IMG/VR virus record: IMGVR_UViG_3300017987_000071
Coordinates: 1 to 64,000 of that record
Length of the DNA: 64,000 nucleotides
Source: a virus
Strand: one strand, 5' to 3'
Below are positions 29,767 through 39,996 of the stretch, in pieces (position 1 is the first letter of the stretch; the number at the start of each line of letters is the position of its first letter). The position numbers and the translations under genes are program-made. Under the pieces are notes generated by a model. That model saw nothing but the letters and a program-made list of their open reading frames with translations, did no database searches and was not told the origin of the DNA.

Positions 29767-30634
29767 CTATGTCTCCAAAGACCTCCAGCACATCAGCAAC
29801 TGTAGGATCAACCAAAGCATGCCCATTAGAGCACCAAGGCTTATTCTTTATGGGATTCGAGATCCCTTCTCGAAATATGCCTATTACAGTCTTACCATAC
29901 GCTGCCGCTACATGCATCAAGCCACTGTCATTCCCGATATAATAATCTGATCCCATTATAACCGAAAGCACAGTACCAAGTCCAGTCCCACATAAACTTT
30001 TGCAACCACTACGCTTCTGAATATCCTCTCCATCTGCCTTCTGATCCTTATGATCCCCCACCAAAACCGGTATAGCTCCTCGCTCCTTAAGTTCTTGTAT
30101 CAGTTGCACATACTTAAAATTGCCCCAATGCTTCTGCCTCCACCAAGGGTGATCCTTAAGGTAACCAATGCCAATAGCCACCTGCACCTTATTTTTATCA
30201 GATGTGAAGCGTGTAGGTGGCTGCGACTCGCAATATAACTGCATGTCCTCATCAGTTATTTCTCTACTAATCAAACCTTCACTTAACCGAAGACATGCCG
30301 TAACCTCATGCTCCGAAAACCGAAACGGATACTTCTTATCCTGCTTGTCCTTATCAGTTGGTATAACCCGTTGGTGACGAAATTGTCCCTTTGGGGGACG
30401 AATTCGCCCCGGCGGATGGCAATAAAGAACATAATCGTAAACCATATCAAACAACAGGGGGTTGTCTTTAAGCAAGCAACCCGCCTTCGTTAGCATGTTA
30501 ATAATAAGCCACCCCGCCACCCGATTGGAGCTAACTATGATGTCTACGTGGTGTTCACGCGACAAGACCCTGATCAACGGGGTGGTTAAAATCAAATTAC
30601 CTATTCCATATTCCTGTACTACAAGAATCTTCAT
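29759..30634 (-). CDS. Glycosyltransferase family 9 (ADP-heptose heptosyltransferase-like)
   Basis: MKILV...GIGN.I..TP.I..L, KHW, IGNDSGLMHVAAA.G..VIG.F; start at ATG 30634. Confidence 0.9.
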   Translation of the reverse strand: MKILVVQEYGIGNLILTTPLIRVLSREHHVDIIVSSNRVAGWLIINMLTKAGCLLKDNPLLFDMVYDYVLYCHPPGRIRPPKGQFRHQRVIPTDKDKQDKKYPFRFSEHEVTACLRLSEGLISREITDEDMQLYCESQPPTRFTSDKNKVQVAIGIGYLKDHPWWRQKHWGNFKYVQLIQELKERGAIPVLVGDHKDQKADGEDIQKRSGCKSLCGTGLGTVLSVIMGSDYYIGNDSGLMHVAAAYGKTVIGIFREGISNPIKNKPWCSNGHALVDPTVADVLEVFGDIDG

Positions 30635-30857
30635 TAGGGGTCTCCTGCATAAATGACCTGCATACCCGTATATCTTGGGAGTTGCCACACGCTGGGCAAA
30701 TTATTGTCCCCTGGATCGGAGAATCCGCTGAGCGAAAACCTCTGTATGGTACCTGCACAATAACATTAAGATGCAACCTTTGCCCGCACGCACAGATCAC
30801 ATCGCCAGTGGTCTTCTGCTTTCCAAGTCTACTCATCCTAACTACCTGCATACTCAT
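30597..30857 (-). CDS. Small Zn-ribbon protein
   Basis: CACG...CPACG. Confidence 0.5.
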   Translation of the reverse strand: MSMQVVRMSRLGKQKTTGDVICACGQRLHLNVIVQVPYRGFRSADSPIQGTIICPACGNSQDIRVCRSFMQETPNEDSCSTGIWNR

Positions 30858-31374
30858 ACCAAACCTCCTGCAAGCGCAAGCGGACTGCCACCTTCCAGTA
30901 TTAAGTCTATTGTGTCACTTACGCTAGACTCTAAGTAGCGTTTTGCGGTTGCTTTTGGCTGGACGCCCATCCGACTCCAGCGATCAAGGTCTGCTTTTCT
31001 CAAACCAACATCCTCATAAGCACCACCAATCTGATGCGCTGTATTCAACGCTACGTTAATTGCCAACAACTTAGCAGGAATACCTTGCTTAAGACTAACA
31101 TTAAGACGATCCACCGCTTTAGCATACACCAAATTGTATTTCAAACGCCTACGATACACACCTTGCATAACATCACTCGGTTGCTGGTATCGCTTAACAG
31201 AGGCAACAGCAGACCCACTATACGGAAACTTAATCTGTGCTATTCGAGCATTTCGCTCAGTTTGCCCTATAAGCCGTTATCCTGCACCCAACCTTCATGC
31301 TCCAACTCATAACGTAATTTCGAGTACCAAGGCTCCAGTACATATATCGCTTCGATATCTCGTCTAAGCGTCAT
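30854..31374 (-). pseudogene. Internally deleted, frameshifted member of the DIEAIYVLEPW paralog family
   Basis: From ATG 31374 it reads MTLRRDIEAIYVLEPWYSKLRYELEHEGWVQDNGL-stop. Another frame continues RLIGQTERNARIAQIKFPYSGSAV...KATAKRYLES + tag. Confidence 0.85.
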
Positions 31375-31961
31375 GCTATAATTCTCCTACGCAACTTCCT
31401 CAAATCCTGCTGCAATGCAACCTTACGCTCTTTGATGAAGCGAGTATCATAAAGCATATCCCGAAAGTCGCTCTCCACCTTCCAGAACATTTCGCCTTGA
31501 GCATACCCCTTAGCATCCAACCGCTCACCGGTACGCTTAAAGCGGCCATGTAAACTAACCAACGCCCCACGCAACTTCAATGCTGACTCTATTACCTTAA
31601 CAACATCAGCAGGCCTCGGAGGGGTTTTAGGTTTGCCGTTGGTGTAACCCAACGCACGAACTTGCTTAATCAAATCCGCTAACCACTCTTGCAACTTCTC
31701 AAGCCTTTCGCCGTAAGCATCAGCAAGTTCCTCAAACTCAGGGTCCTCAACGATCTCTCGCCGTTTGCGAAGTGCTTGGAGTTTACGACCCCAATTAGGT
31801 CGTCTTCGACGCCTGGCAGCATGCCAAGCAGCAGCCCCAAAAGCAGGCAAGAACTCCTCTAGGTTGGTAGCATTCACTAAACTCTCTGCTACCCCCACAG
31901 CAGATTTGCTAACCAGCAGTCCGCTGACCGCTTCTGCTATATTGTGTTCTGTTAGTTTCAT
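31371..31961 (-). CDS. Basic helical protein with N-terminal tag-like leader
   Basis: IAEAVSGLLVSKSAVGVAESLV...NLEE, then FLPAFGAAAWHAARRRRR. Confidence 0.6.
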   Translation of the reverse strand: MKLTEHNIAEAVSGLLVSKSAVGVAESLVNATNLEEFLPAFGAAAWHAARRRRRPNWGRKLQALRKRREIVEDPEFEELADAYGERLEKLQEWLADLIKQVRALGYTNGKPKTPPRPADVVKVIESALKLRGALVSLHGRFKRTGERLDAKGYAQGEMFWKVESDFRDMLYDTRFIKERKVALQQDLRKLRRRIIA

Positions 31962-32869
31962 ACCATAGTCTCCACAAGGCTACCCGCCATCCGCTGGGGG
32001 CTAACACCATCCAAAATTAAGTCTATTGCATCTAGCACACTAGATTCAAGGTAGCGTTTTGCTGTCGCTTTTGACTGGACGCCCATCCGACTCCAGCGAT
32101 CCAAGTCTGCTTTGCTAAGTCCAATTACCCCCCCAACACTCCAATTCCGATGCGCCGTATTTAATGCTACGTTGATAGCAAGTATCCGCTCAGGAATCTT
32201 ACTCCCACTTTTGGATGCTTTATTAAGATAATCCGCCGCTTTAGCAAAAAGCAAACTAAACCCATAAAGCTCCCGCCCTTCAGCACCCCCATAAAACCCC
32301 TGTAACGCTTTCTCTTGCCGTCTTTGAACTTTTTGCACTGCGCTTCCAGTATAAGGGAACTTCATTTGCTTAGCGCGCTCGTCTCTCTCAGTCCTTAACA
32401 AGCGATCCATACCACTCAAAAAGCGTTGTACATGTGGGCCTGTAACTGTCCACCCATTATAATGGGCCCCACCAAAACTCTGCACAGATTTCAAAAAATC
32501 TAGTATAGGAAGCGTCACAAAATACAAAAGGCGATTCTTATAACTACCATACTCACCCTTTTGTGGAAAACACGGGTACGATAACCTTATAGTATCTGGA
32601 GCAAGAACCTCCAAACCAGTCAAATACAAAAAATCCCAGTCATCAACCTTAGGAGACCCCAAATCTGGCCAGCCACCACGCCAAACACCGCCTAGCACTG
32701 TCGGCCCTAACCATCGAATAACTCGCTGCGTCAACCGATCAAGCGACCGCTTCAACTGCTCCCAAAAAACGTTGTCTTGTACCCACCCTTCAGTTTCATA
32801 CTCGTATCGCAACTTGCTATACCAAGGCTCCAGTACATATATTGCTTCGATATCCCGCTTTAAACTCAT
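31958..32869 (-). CDS. DIEAIYVLEPW paralog family member with C-terminal tag
   Basis: Conserved N- and C-terminal blocks shared with four other loci. Confidence 0.8.
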   Translation of the reverse strand: MSLKRDIEAIYVLEPWYSKLRYEYETEGWVQDNVFWEQLKRSLDRLTQRVIRWLGPTVLGGVWRGGWPDLGSPKVDDWDFLYLTGLEVLAPDTIRLSYPCFPQKGEYGSYKNRLLYFVTLPILDFLKSVQSFGGAHYNGWTVTGPHVQRFLSGMDRLLRTERDERAKQMKFPYTGSAVQKVQRRQEKALQGFYGGAEGRELYGFSLLFAKAADYLNKASKSGSKIPERILAINVALNTAHRNWSVGGVIGLSKADLDRWSRMGVQSKATAKRYLESSVLDAIDLILDGVSPQRMAGSLVETMV

Positions 32870-32878
32870 AACGATACC

Positions 32879-33583
32879 CTACCAATTCCAAACATCATTT
32901 GCTTCCCCCGCATCCATTCGCCGAAGGTATTTTGCTACTTGCTCTGGCTCCTTATATGTTTCCCAGTCAATTGTAACTACTTGTGTGCCCATATCCTCAA
33001 CCGCAGGCAGCACAACGCCCTCATATACCGATTGCAAATCGGCTAAATACTCAAGTTTTACTCCGACCTCATATTTGTTTTCACGCTCCCGCAATCGCTT
33101 CAGGCAGGTCGCTGGGGACGCTTTGAGATAAATACAAAGGGAGGGGCGAGTTCTGCATATTCCCTCCATGTAAAGACGTTGCATATCCATATATGTCTTG
33201 TAGTCATCATCTTGGATGTAACCGTCATCATGTAGCAACTCAACAAATGCCCGATCCCCAGGCAAAGAGCGATCATGCAAGGTATGAACACGCACAGATT
33301 TGTTGGGGTTATTTGCTACTTCATAACCCACACCATCAAAATGCTGCCAAAAGCGATCAGCAAGCACACGAAACTGCAAACGAAACGCATGAAAAGACGG
33401 TTTAACTTCATTAAGCAAATCAGCATAAAACGGTGTAAGAAACGCTGGACGCACCGTCTCAGCATAAACCTTATTGGGTTTAGCAGTCGGAACAACCGTC
33501 TTAATCTTAGCATTCAGATACTCAGCAAACGGTTTGATAAATGTACTCTTACCAACACCAATGCAACCCTCTACATAAATCAT
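32879..33583 (-). CDS. Deoxynucleoside kinase (dCK/dGK family)
   Basis: IYVEGCIGVGKST, FY.D, DRS...D..F, IYL.ASP..CL.R...R, YL..L. Confidence 0.92.
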   Translation of the reverse strand: MIYVEGCIGVGKSTFIKPFAEYLNAKIKTVVPTAKPNKVYAETVRPAFLTPFYADLLNEVKPSFHAFRLQFRVLADRFWQHFDGVGYEVANNPNKSVRVHTLHDRSLPGDRAFVELLHDDGYIQDDDYKTYMDMQRLYMEGICRTRPSLCIYLKASPATCLKRLRERENKYEVGVKLEYLADLQSVYEGVVLPAVEDMGTQVVTIDWETYKEPEQVAKYLRRMDAGEANDVWNW

Positions 33584-34206
33584 TATGCTTCCTTTCCCTC
33601 TAGTGAACCAACATAACCTTGTTTGTCCACTACAGCATGATAGCAACTACGACACATAGGAGCATACTCTGCCCCTTTCTCGACCTCAGCAACCAACTCA
33701 GTGCCCCCAGACAACCTATACGAGTAACGAGCCACGGCACCGCACAACTCACATTCCCCTTGCCGTGCTTTAAGCACCTCATCAGCATACATCGCTAACC
33801 AGGGAAGATTCTCAGCAGGTTTGCCGTTGAAGGTCACATCAAAACCAGAGACAAACACACGCTTGCCATACTGCTCGCTAAGCGTTAGCACCCCCACTGC
33901 CCGCTGCTCATCTAAAAACTGCACCTCATCAATAGCAAACACATCATAATCATCCCGCACCCAACGATCCAAGAAGTTGAAGGTTGGTGGGACCAGAAAA
34001 GCATGATTAGTTTCCAGCACCATACCATCCCACGACCGCACCCCCTTCTCCAGCAATGTCTTCTCCTTTACGAATGTTGCTATCTGAAAATAGCCAACTC
34101 GCATCTTCCTCCTCAGCAACCCATTCAACCGAGCCACCAGCATATTAGTTTTTCCGCTTTTCATTGGCCCGCATATAACCGTCAACCACTTATCTTTGTT
34201 CATCAT
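33583..34206 (-). CDS. tdk: Thymidine kinase (type II)
   Basis: GPMKSGKT, IDEVQF, CELC...Y...CRSCY lasso zinc motifs. Confidence 0.9.
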   Translation of the reverse strand: MMNKDKWLTVICGPMKSGKTNMLVARLNGLLRRKMRVGYFQIATFVKEKTLLEKGVRSWDGMVLETNHAFLVPPTFNFLDRWVRDDYDVFAIDEVQFLDEQRAVGVLTLSEQYGKRVFVSGFDVTFNGKPAENLPWLAMYADEVLKARQGECELCGAVARYSYRLSGGTELVAEVEKGAEYAPMCRSCYHAVVDKQGYVGSLEGKEA

Positions 34207-34216
34207 AACTCCTTTG

Positions 34217-35116
34217 CTACACCAGCAGACCGCACACCGCGGTCCGCAAACTTTGTCCTTCTAAAAGTTGGTCTATCGCCCCACGAACACTCAATGACTC
34301 TAAGTAGCGTTTTGCCGTTGCTTTTGACTGGACGCCCATCTTGCTCCAACGGCCAAGAATATCCTTATCTATATTCCATAATAAATCTGCTACGGAAAGA
34401 GTTTCATCCGTATGTACTGTATTCAAAGCTACATTAACTGCTAAAATACGACTTGGGATACGATCTCGATAACTTGCTTTCAACCTATCCGCAGCAACAA
34501 GCAACCGTACACCCGCATCCAGCAAATACTTCGGCATCGAAATACCTTTATACCACCGAACCTGACTAGATGCACTAAACTTACAACGATCTTGCACACT
34601 TACTAAACCACGCCTAATTATAGCAGTAAATTCCGCTAAAAACTTCGCACCAAGATACCAAACCAACTTTCCGTCTCTACGTTGTATAACATCTGGCTTC
34701 AATCGCTTAAACAATGCCACAACAGGATACAAAAATAACGGTGACTGCAAACGTTCTACGCGATCCCAGTTATCAATAACCTTTCTATAAAAAAGCGACA
34801 CGGGTTGCTCACCCCAACCATATACATCAGGATCAAAAAATACCCGTTTACCCTTCCAAATCAAATCCAACCCACCCAATAAATTCAGTGTATAAGCATC
34901 TAAATCAAAATCCTCGACCAACGCACCTATAGCATACGTCGCTAAACTCTCCGCTAAGGGTGGAATAACCCTCTTCGTTAATCGCTCCAGCGAATGCTTT
35001 AATTGCTCCCAGAAAACATTATCCTGCACCCAACCCTCATGCTTCAGTTCATAACGCAATTTCGAGTACCACGGCTCCAACACGTATATCGCTTCAATAT
35101 CCCGTTTTAAGCTCAT
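34217..35116 (-). CDS. DIEAIYVLEPW paralog family member with C-terminal tag
   Basis: First ~50 aa near-identical to 31958-32869; KATAKRYLES + AIDQLLEGQSL. Confidence 0.8.
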   Translation of the reverse strand: MSLKRDIEAIYVLEPWYSKLRYELKHEGWVQDNVFWEQLKHSLERLTKRVIPPLAESLATYAIGALVEDFDLDAYTLNLLGGLDLIWKGKRVFFDPDVYGWGEQPVSLFYRKVIDNWDRVERLQSPLFLYPVVALFKRLKPDVIQRRDGKLVWYLGAKFLAEFTAIIRRGLVSVQDRCKFSASSQVRWYKGISMPKYLLDAGVRLLVAADRLKASYRDRIPSRILAVNVALNTVHTDETLSVADLLWNIDKDILGRWSKMGVQSKATAKRYLESLSVRGAIDQLLEGQSLRTAVCGLLV

Positions 35117-35249
35117 TTCTTACTCCTATAAATCCAAGCGACCTTGCTACCCGCTGGCAGCCAGCGACTTACAACAGTAGGCTTTAGGATGTAGGCGCTA
35201 AGCCCCATTGCACCGTGTGAATTTCCACTAAAGAATGGAACACAACGAG

Positions 35250-35918
35250 TTACGCTGGTTTGCATAGTGGTGGTCCTCCCAATTGCTCCCGGTTATGCTG
35301 CTTGCCTTTAACCCAATAAAGCCGACTATGCCCAAAGCGCTCCACCAGAGGGCGCTCAGCAATCTGGTGGACGAAATCGTAGAAAGCCCGCCTTGCCCCC
35401 TCCCAATGCCCAAAATCATCTATAACGATTATGCCCCCTTGATGAACTAAAGGGTAAAACGTAAAGAGGGTATTAAGCACACTCTCGTACCAATCGCAGT
35501 CCACATGAAGCAAAGCTACCCGCTTAGGCAAAACGTCCTCAAATGAGTCCTTAAACCACCCTTCTCGAATGACTACACGCTCCACTGGGAACTCTGCAAT
35601 AGCCAGCGCTTCCATAACTCTCTTTTTGCTGCCTATTGCTTTACCAGCATAAGCATATGCTTCAGGGGTATCTTGGAAGGTAGGCATCGGTAACCCTTGA
35701 AAGGAGTCGTAAAGCCAGAGTTGCCTATCGCTTTTTGCAACCGGCAAGGAAAGAACAGCAGCCGACCCGCCGTCTCTAACTCCACACTCTACGATGTCGC
35801 CTGGGATGTGCCTGGTAACAATATCCTCTGATAAATCGTAAAGCGTAAACAATGCTTCCAACGAACTAACAGAGTAAGCATTAAGTTTTTCAACCTTCAT
35901 GTTATTTATGTAATCCAT
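35250..35918 (-). CDS. TylF/MycF-family sugar O-methyltransferase
   Basis: PGDIVECGV..GGS, YDSFQGLP, GWF.DS, LLHVDCDWYES, GG....DDFG.W.G. Confidence 0.93.
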   Translation of the reverse strand: MDYINNMKVEKLNAYSVSSLEALFTLYDLSEDIVTRHIPGDIVECGVRDGGSAAVLSLPVAKSDRQLWLYDSFQGLPMPTFQDTPEAYAYAGKAIGSKKRVMEALAIAEFPVERVVIREGWFKDSFEDVLPKRVALLHVDCDWYESVLNTLFTFYPLVHQGGIIVIDDFGHWEGARRAFYDFVHQIAERPLVERFGHSRLYWVKGKQHNREQLGGPPLCKPA

Positions 35919-36713
35919 CTACTGCTCCTGCACCTGACACATTGCTTGACAACAAGAAGCACAAGGAATAATATCTGTATCAACAGTTACATAATACGTA
36001 TCTAACCAATCGCTAAAAGCACAGCAGATATCATTGGCTTGCTTCTTGGTAAGAGTCTTTAGGTAAGTCCCAACACCACCATCGGTAATATGCCCTGGAG
36101 TCAAAAGCGTAATGGGGTCATAAGTGCTGGCGGTTTTCGGTGGAGGTTTTAAAGCTTCCACCGCTTTGCTCACCGCAGTGGCTAAACAAAGACCAGTTAT
36201 ACACACACCTTTAACCTTAGCGCTACCCTCCACTGCCAACTTGGATTTGGGGGTCCGCAACAATGATGTCAAAATCCTAACCTTAGCATTCCCCCTCACC
36301 GCCAACCCAAGATGTTGCATAACAGCACTGGTAGCCTCGATCTTATCCTTATGGATATCTTCGTAAGCAAGAGTCAGACTAGCAAACCTACGCCACTGAT
36401 CATACCTTGCCACCGTAGTATTGAGAAAAGGAATAATATCCTTATGCTTAATCTTTCCCACTCGTATAGCAGAAGCAGCAACATCCCGAAGGTCTCGCTT
36501 AGTCATAATAACCAAGCCTGCCTTCTTCCGCAAGTCCTCACGAAAAACATGCGTCTTCACCACATGCCAATCAGCTTCACCCTTAGCATCATACTTAGAT
36601 TCAGTATCAGCATAAACCGAAAAGCCTGCCTTAAGCAACGCCAAGCGTACCGTGTTATAAAGCCAAGTGCTACCTGACCGATACATCCCAGCACAAACAA
36701 CTAATCTACTCAT
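35919..36713 (-). CDS. Sulfotransferase-like P-loop protein with Cys-rich tail
   Basis: GMYRSGSTW.YN, VKTH, RDLRDVAAS, YE; C-terminal CASCCQAMCQ. Confidence 0.75.
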   Translation of the reverse strand: MSRLVVCAGMYRSGSTWLYNTVRLALLKAGFSVYADTESKYDAKGEADWHVVKTHVFREDLRKKAGLVIMTKRDLRDVAASAIRVGKIKHKDIIPFLNTTVARYDQWRRFASLTLAYEDIHKDKIEATSAVMQHLGLAVRGNAKVRILTSLLRTPKSKLAVEGSAKVKGVCITGLCLATAVSKAVEALKPPPKTASTYDPITLLTPGHITDGGVGTYLKTLTKKQANDICCAFSDWLDTYYVTVDTDIIPCASCCQAMCQVQEQ

Positions 36714-37765
36714 AGGTTACTCCACAGCGTCGTGCATTTATCACGAATTCTTGCTATAGCCATTTTACAATATTCTGTGCTTAGTTCAATGCCTAAATAT
36801 TTGCGAGCATACCTTCCACATACAACCCCCGTAGTTCCCGCACCGAAGAATGGGTCCAAAACTGTGTCCCCTTCTCTGCTCCCTGCAAGAATGCAAGGGG
36901 TAATAAGTTTTTCTGGAAACACAGCAAAATGAGCATCCTTAAACTTAGCCGTTGAGACTTGCCAAACGGACCTCTTATTTCTAGTTGGGTAGACCCCACC
37001 CTTGCGGATGCCGGATATCACAGCAGTTGGCTTTCGCTTACGCTTATTGCCTCTGTTGAGGTCGTTGGGATGCTTGGATGGCTCCGCAATAGCATCCTTG
37101 TCATAATAATACTTGCGAGACTTCGCCAGCAGAAAGATGTATTCGTGTGCTCTTGTTGGACGATCCTTAACCGATTCCGGCATAGCATTCTTGCTCCAGA
37201 TGATATCTTGTCTAAGATACCACCCATCCGCCTGAAGAGCAAAAGCAACACGCCACGGAATGCCAACGAGGTCCTTTGGCTTCAAAATAGCATGAGGCCG
37301 ATCAGATGGACGAATATCCCCATATTCCTTGAAAAAGGAATGGTGTTTTTTGTTCAATGTCTTCCTGTCAAAGTGTGTACTACTATAACGACAAGAACTT
37401 CGCCCCTTACCTCCGTAAAACGAGTCTCCAAGGTTAAGCCACAGCGTCCCATCGTCCCGCAACACTCGCTTAACCTCACTAAAGATTTCTGTTAGATGCT
37501 CGATATAAAGGTCCGGCGTTGGTTCCAAACCCAAACTGCCCAACCACGCCCCGCAAAAGCAGGTGGAGTCTTCTCGTCCCCACATATGCTCACAATCCGG
37601 CGACCCGCCCCAAACGAGGGGTGGCGTGCCGTAGTCTCTAAGCGACCAGTAGGGTGGAGAAGTTACACAACACTGCACCGAAGCATCCGGCAACCGCCGG
37701 AGCACCTCAAGCACATGCCCGTTGTAGATGTCACCAAAATTGTCAGTATGATATGGGGTTAGCAT
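36710..37765 (-). CDS. DNA methyltransferase, beta class (N4-C/N6-A)
   Basis: VTSPPY, IIW.K, HFAVFP, VLDPF.G.GTT, GIEL. Confidence 0.95.
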   Translation of the reverse strand: MLTPYHTDNFGDIYNGHVLEVLRRLPDASVQCCVTSPPYWSLRDYGTPPLVWGGSPDCEHMWGREDSTCFCGAWLGSLGLEPTPDLYIEHLTEIFSEVKRVLRDDGTLWLNLGDSFYGGKGRSSCRYSSTHFDRKTLNKKHHSFFKEYGDIRPSDRPHAILKPKDLVGIPWRVAFALQADGWYLRQDIIWSKNAMPESVKDRPTRAHEYIFLLAKSRKYYYDKDAIAEPSKHPNDLNRGNKRKRKPTAVISGIRKGGVYPTRNKRSVWQVSTAKFKDAHFAVFPEKLITPCILAGSREGDTVLDPFFGAGTTGVVCGRYARKYLGIELSTEYCKMAIARIRDKCTTLWSNL

Positions 37766-38772
37766 TGCTTATCCTCGTTTGCCTTATCTGCTTGTTGCCC
37801 CTGCGTTGGCTTACACACCTTAGCAACATCAACAGCAGAGTTGCTGGTAGCATCTTGCTTATCCTGCAAATTCGCAAGGCCAACTCGATAAGCAGCACTA
37901 GCAGCATCAAAACCACTATACCACTCTCTGCGCAACGCATCCTCGGTATACGGATTAGTACCCCTGCTAATACCTTGATTAAATGAATTGAAACCACAAG
38001 TAAAAGCAACCGTTACTAAATCCGGCAGAAGAGATTGTCCCACAACCAAATCCGCAGGAGTTGACCGAGAAGCCACCATAGCATACCCAGCATCCCAGGC
38101 AACATGCTCAGGACAATCACAATCAGTAAAAGGATTATGTTCTACCTTAAGTCCTACCGCAAATGAATCCACACCTGCCTGGAACGCTTCTGGATGCCGC
38201 GCACCACAATCCATATCTGTCTTTGCAGTAACACTACCCAATGTATGCTTATAGCACCCTATTTTAACCCCTGCAACCAAAACACCACAATACTTCCGCA
38301 ACAACTCAACCACTGCCTTAGCCCGTGGTTGCTTCTCCAACTTAGCCAAGTTGTACTCCCAAAAGTCTTCCAGATTCCCACCTTTCTGGATTGTCCTCGC
38401 CAACCAGTCGAAGAACATAGAGATAACACACTCCAACGGCATCTCCTGCTCCTTAGCATCCCAATACTCTGGGTGATGCGGATTATTGAGAACATGGTGC
38501 TGAATTGCATCCGACTTAAAATGCTTCTGGTAGTCCTCATCCGTCCCGCTTTTAGCTTTAGCCAATGACTCTTGGGAGTTAAGAAAAGCCTCATACTCCT
38601 CTGCTGAAAACTTGGAAGCGTCATGCTCAATTGCTTGCTTCATAAGCAACTGGCAAAACTCCCAGGTCAATTCCTGTACCAGCGACACATGCTTGAGTTG
38701 TGTCTGGTTGAACTTGATTACTCTCTCCATCAACGCCCCCTGCTCAGCGTCCATCAAATCTTGTATATCCAT
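37759..38772 (-). CDS. HD-like (DUF5662-type) domain fused to two RMF-like repeats
   Basis: H...HDASK...HH..NNPHHPEYW...DW, then two AF..G.......NP[FY]...W..G[YF] units. Confidence 0.65.
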   Translation of the reverse strand: MDIQDLMDAEQGALMERVIKFNQTQLKHVSLVQELTWEFCQLLMKQAIEHDASKFSAEEYEAFLNSQESLAKAKSGTDEDYQKHFKSDAIQHHVLNNPHHPEYWDAKEQEMPLECVISMFFDWLARTIQKGGNLEDFWEYNLAKLEKQPRAKAVVELLRKYCGVLVAGVKIGCYKHTLGSVTAKTDMDCGARHPEAFQAGVDSFAVGLKVEHNPFTDCDCPEHVAWDAGYAMVASRSTPADLVVGQSLLPDLVTVAFTCGFNSFNQGISRGTNPYTEDALRREWYSGFDAASAAYRVGLANLQDKQDATSNSAVDVAKVCKPTQGQQADKANEDKQC

Positions 38773-38791
38773 AATCGTACCTCCTTTTGCT

Positions 38792-39727
38792 TTATACAAT
38801 CTGGCATGCAACCACACTAGGCAGCACGCCCTCCACTATCATATCCACTGCCAGCCCTACGCTTTCTAAGAAGCGTTTTGCTGTCGCTTTAGGCAATACG
38901 CCCATGCTCGACAAGCGATTCAACAAACCATAAGACAACCCAATCTCATCTGCTACTGTAGTCTCCACAGCATAACCTCCATGCACAGTATTAACTGCCA
39001 CATGAAAAGCTATTATACGCTGAGGGATGCTTTTGCCATACGCACGACTAAGCATATCTATAGCTTTAGCATAACGCAAATCACCAGCATTAACTTCCCC
39101 CGAACCTCGGCCTGTAGTATATTTCCTAATAGCTGCTTCAGCACTAAATGAGTAGGGGAACTGATGCAACTTGTTATTAGCAATCTCCGCTTTCTGCAAA
39201 TAGCTTCTAAGCTCAGCATACAATCGCTTAGAAACATCCTTTGGCACATGATAAAAGCCATCGTCTCCCAACACCGCTGTATGCTTCATCTCCAAAAAGA
39301 TGCGGCCTAACGGAATCCGCACGCCAAAAATACCAAAATACCAATCATCATACAGAGCTTCTTCCCAAAATGCTGCACGACATACACGTTCATAATCCCA
39401 ACCCTTAACCCCAAACACAAACTCGTCTCGATCCCAATTGACCCCCCAATAATAAGTCTTAAGAAAAGCATGTACATTCACCCCCCAATGGTTGCGAGGC
39501 TCTACCCCATCGAGGTAAAAAGCATGGTAAGCCATATAGAGAGCCATCGTAGGAGCAATACGATCAAGCAACCTATCCAACGAGCGATTCAGTTGCTCCC
39601 AAAACACATTATCACTAACCCACCCCTCTCTTTCGTATTCGTACCGCAACCTGCTATAATGAGGTTCCAAAACATAAACTGCCTCCACATCCCGAGATAT
39701 CTCTCTCCCACGCTTGCTTCGTTGCAT
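38792..39727 (-). CDS. DIEAIYVLEPW paralog family member with C-terminal tag
   Basis: RDVEAVYVLEPHYSRLRYE...EGWVSDNVFWEQL; KATAKRFLES + AVDMIVEGVLPS. Confidence 0.8.
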   Translation of the reverse strand: MQRSKRGREISRDVEAVYVLEPHYSRLRYEYEREGWVSDNVFWEQLNRSLDRLLDRIAPTMALYMAYHAFYLDGVEPRNHWGVNVHAFLKTYYWGVNWDRDEFVFGVKGWDYERVCRAAFWEEALYDDWYFGIFGVRIPLGRIFLEMKHTAVLGDDGFYHVPKDVSKRLYAELRSYLQKAEIANNKLHQFPYSFSAEAAIRKYTTGRGSGEVNAGDLRYAKAIDMLSRAYGKSIPQRIIAFHVAVNTVHGGYAVETTVADEIGLSYGLLNRLSSMGVLPKATAKRFLESVGLAVDMIVEGVLPSVVACQIV

Positions 39728-39729
39728 AC

Positions 39730-39996
39730 TCAACCCCCTATTATCATTGAGCAAGGCAACCGCCTAAACACGCGGATGACCTTGCATCTTGGGCAAACAA
39801 GAAATCCTACCTCTGGCGGGTTTGGATGTGCTATTTGATAGCCTGCCACCAGCGTCTCATATTCTTCAATCTTCTGGCAGCAACTACAACGGTAGAGTGC
39901 TGGCACACGGGGCAGCATAACTATCCGTAAAGCATCACCCGGTTCACGATTACCGGTATCTTGTTCACGAAACCCGCCCCTTTGTTCACACATCAA
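39730..39996 (-). CDS. Small Zn-ribbon protein
   Basis: CSCC...CPRC. Confidence 0.45.
   Translation of the reverse strand: MMCEQRGGFREQDTGNREPGDALRIVMLPRVPALYRCSCCQKIEEYETLVAGYQIAHPNPPEVGFLVCPRCKVIRVFRRLPCSMIIGG

Noticed and set aside
36710-37765. Restriction-modification system
   Set aside because: No adjacent endonuclease is recognisable; treated as an orphan methyltransferase.
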